Of a DNA stretch of 64,000 nucleotides, positions 63,851 to 64,000 are shown piece after piece. The notes under the pieces were generated by a model. It was not told the DNA's origin, did not search any database, and was given only the letters and a program-made list of their open reading frames with translations. The translations under genes and the position numbers were made by a program. The first letter of the stretch is position 1. The number at the start of each line of letters is the position of its first letter. Source of the DNA: Singulisphaera sp. GP187 (GTDB lineage Bacteria; Planctomycetota; Phycisphaerae; Phycisphaerales; SM1A02); the NCBI GenBank assembly GCA_945868805.1, contig CAMBMO010000004.1:70868-134867 (forward strand), given 5' to 3'.

Positions 63851-64000
63851 GAGGTTGCTGCACAATTCTGAACTGACCAGAATCAGGTTCTGGAACTCAC
63901 GGACTTGATCCAATCCCCGCACCACTCTGTGGTGCCGCACGCTTTGCTAAACGCGTCGGCGTCGGTGCTGGCGCCATCACCGTTGCGGCGGGGCAGTAGA

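Noticed and set aside
63877-64000. Hairpin CCAGAAtcaggTTCTGG and a minus-strand open frame entering from the window edge (...NGDGASTDADAFSKACGTTEWCGDWIKSVSSRT, stop at 63883-63885)
   Set aside because: Only 39 codons are visible and no motif is recognisable. The hairpin has a 6-bp stem and no U-tract, which is too little to call a CDS or terminator.

Overview
GC-rich 64-kb chromosomal segment, most consistent with a Planctomycetota (Phycisphaerae-like) genome. This placement is an inference from a prepilin-type H-X9-DG (DUF1559-type) protein, several exported proteins with dockerin-like DxNxDGxVDxxDL tails, and dnaA not followed by dnaN. I can support about 50 protein genes, mostly housekeeping: dnaA, recA, uvrB, uvrA, mutL, obg, rpmA, hflX, tsaD, pckA, pgi, tal, nadE, ilvA-type, purN, cmk, plsC, gcvH and hpf-ptsN-HPr. 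There are four tRNAs (Thr-CGU, His-GUG, Phe-GAA, Leu-CAG), none with an encoded CCA. I saw no rRNA, CRISPR array, transposase or integrase. Most long ORFs lying antisense to conserved genes look like high-GC artefacts. The main second-look items are: (1) a clear cobalamin riboswitch (about 37639-37830) whose operon has no known B12 gene, only an uncharacterised exported dockerin-tailed protein and an overlapping H-X9-DG pseudopilin-like protein, which makes it a candidate undescribed corrinoid-responsive surface or uptake module; (2) three tandem SPFH genes coupled to ABC-transporter parts and followed by two NfeD-like ClpP-fold proteins, one lacking the nucleophile Ser; (3) five short perfect tandem-repeat arrays (9-15 bp units): four lie at the 5' edge of conserved genes (ptsN, obg, a cysteine desulfurase, recA) and one forms the 3' coding tail of ptsN; (4) a DegT-family protein with Arg and His at the expected PLP Lys and Asp positions; (5) a standalone MshEN-type (c-di-GMP receptor motif) protein next to tRNA-Phe; (6) a DnaA-box cluster upstream of dnaA. 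All coordinates, motifs and translations were read by eye. No database search or calculation was run.
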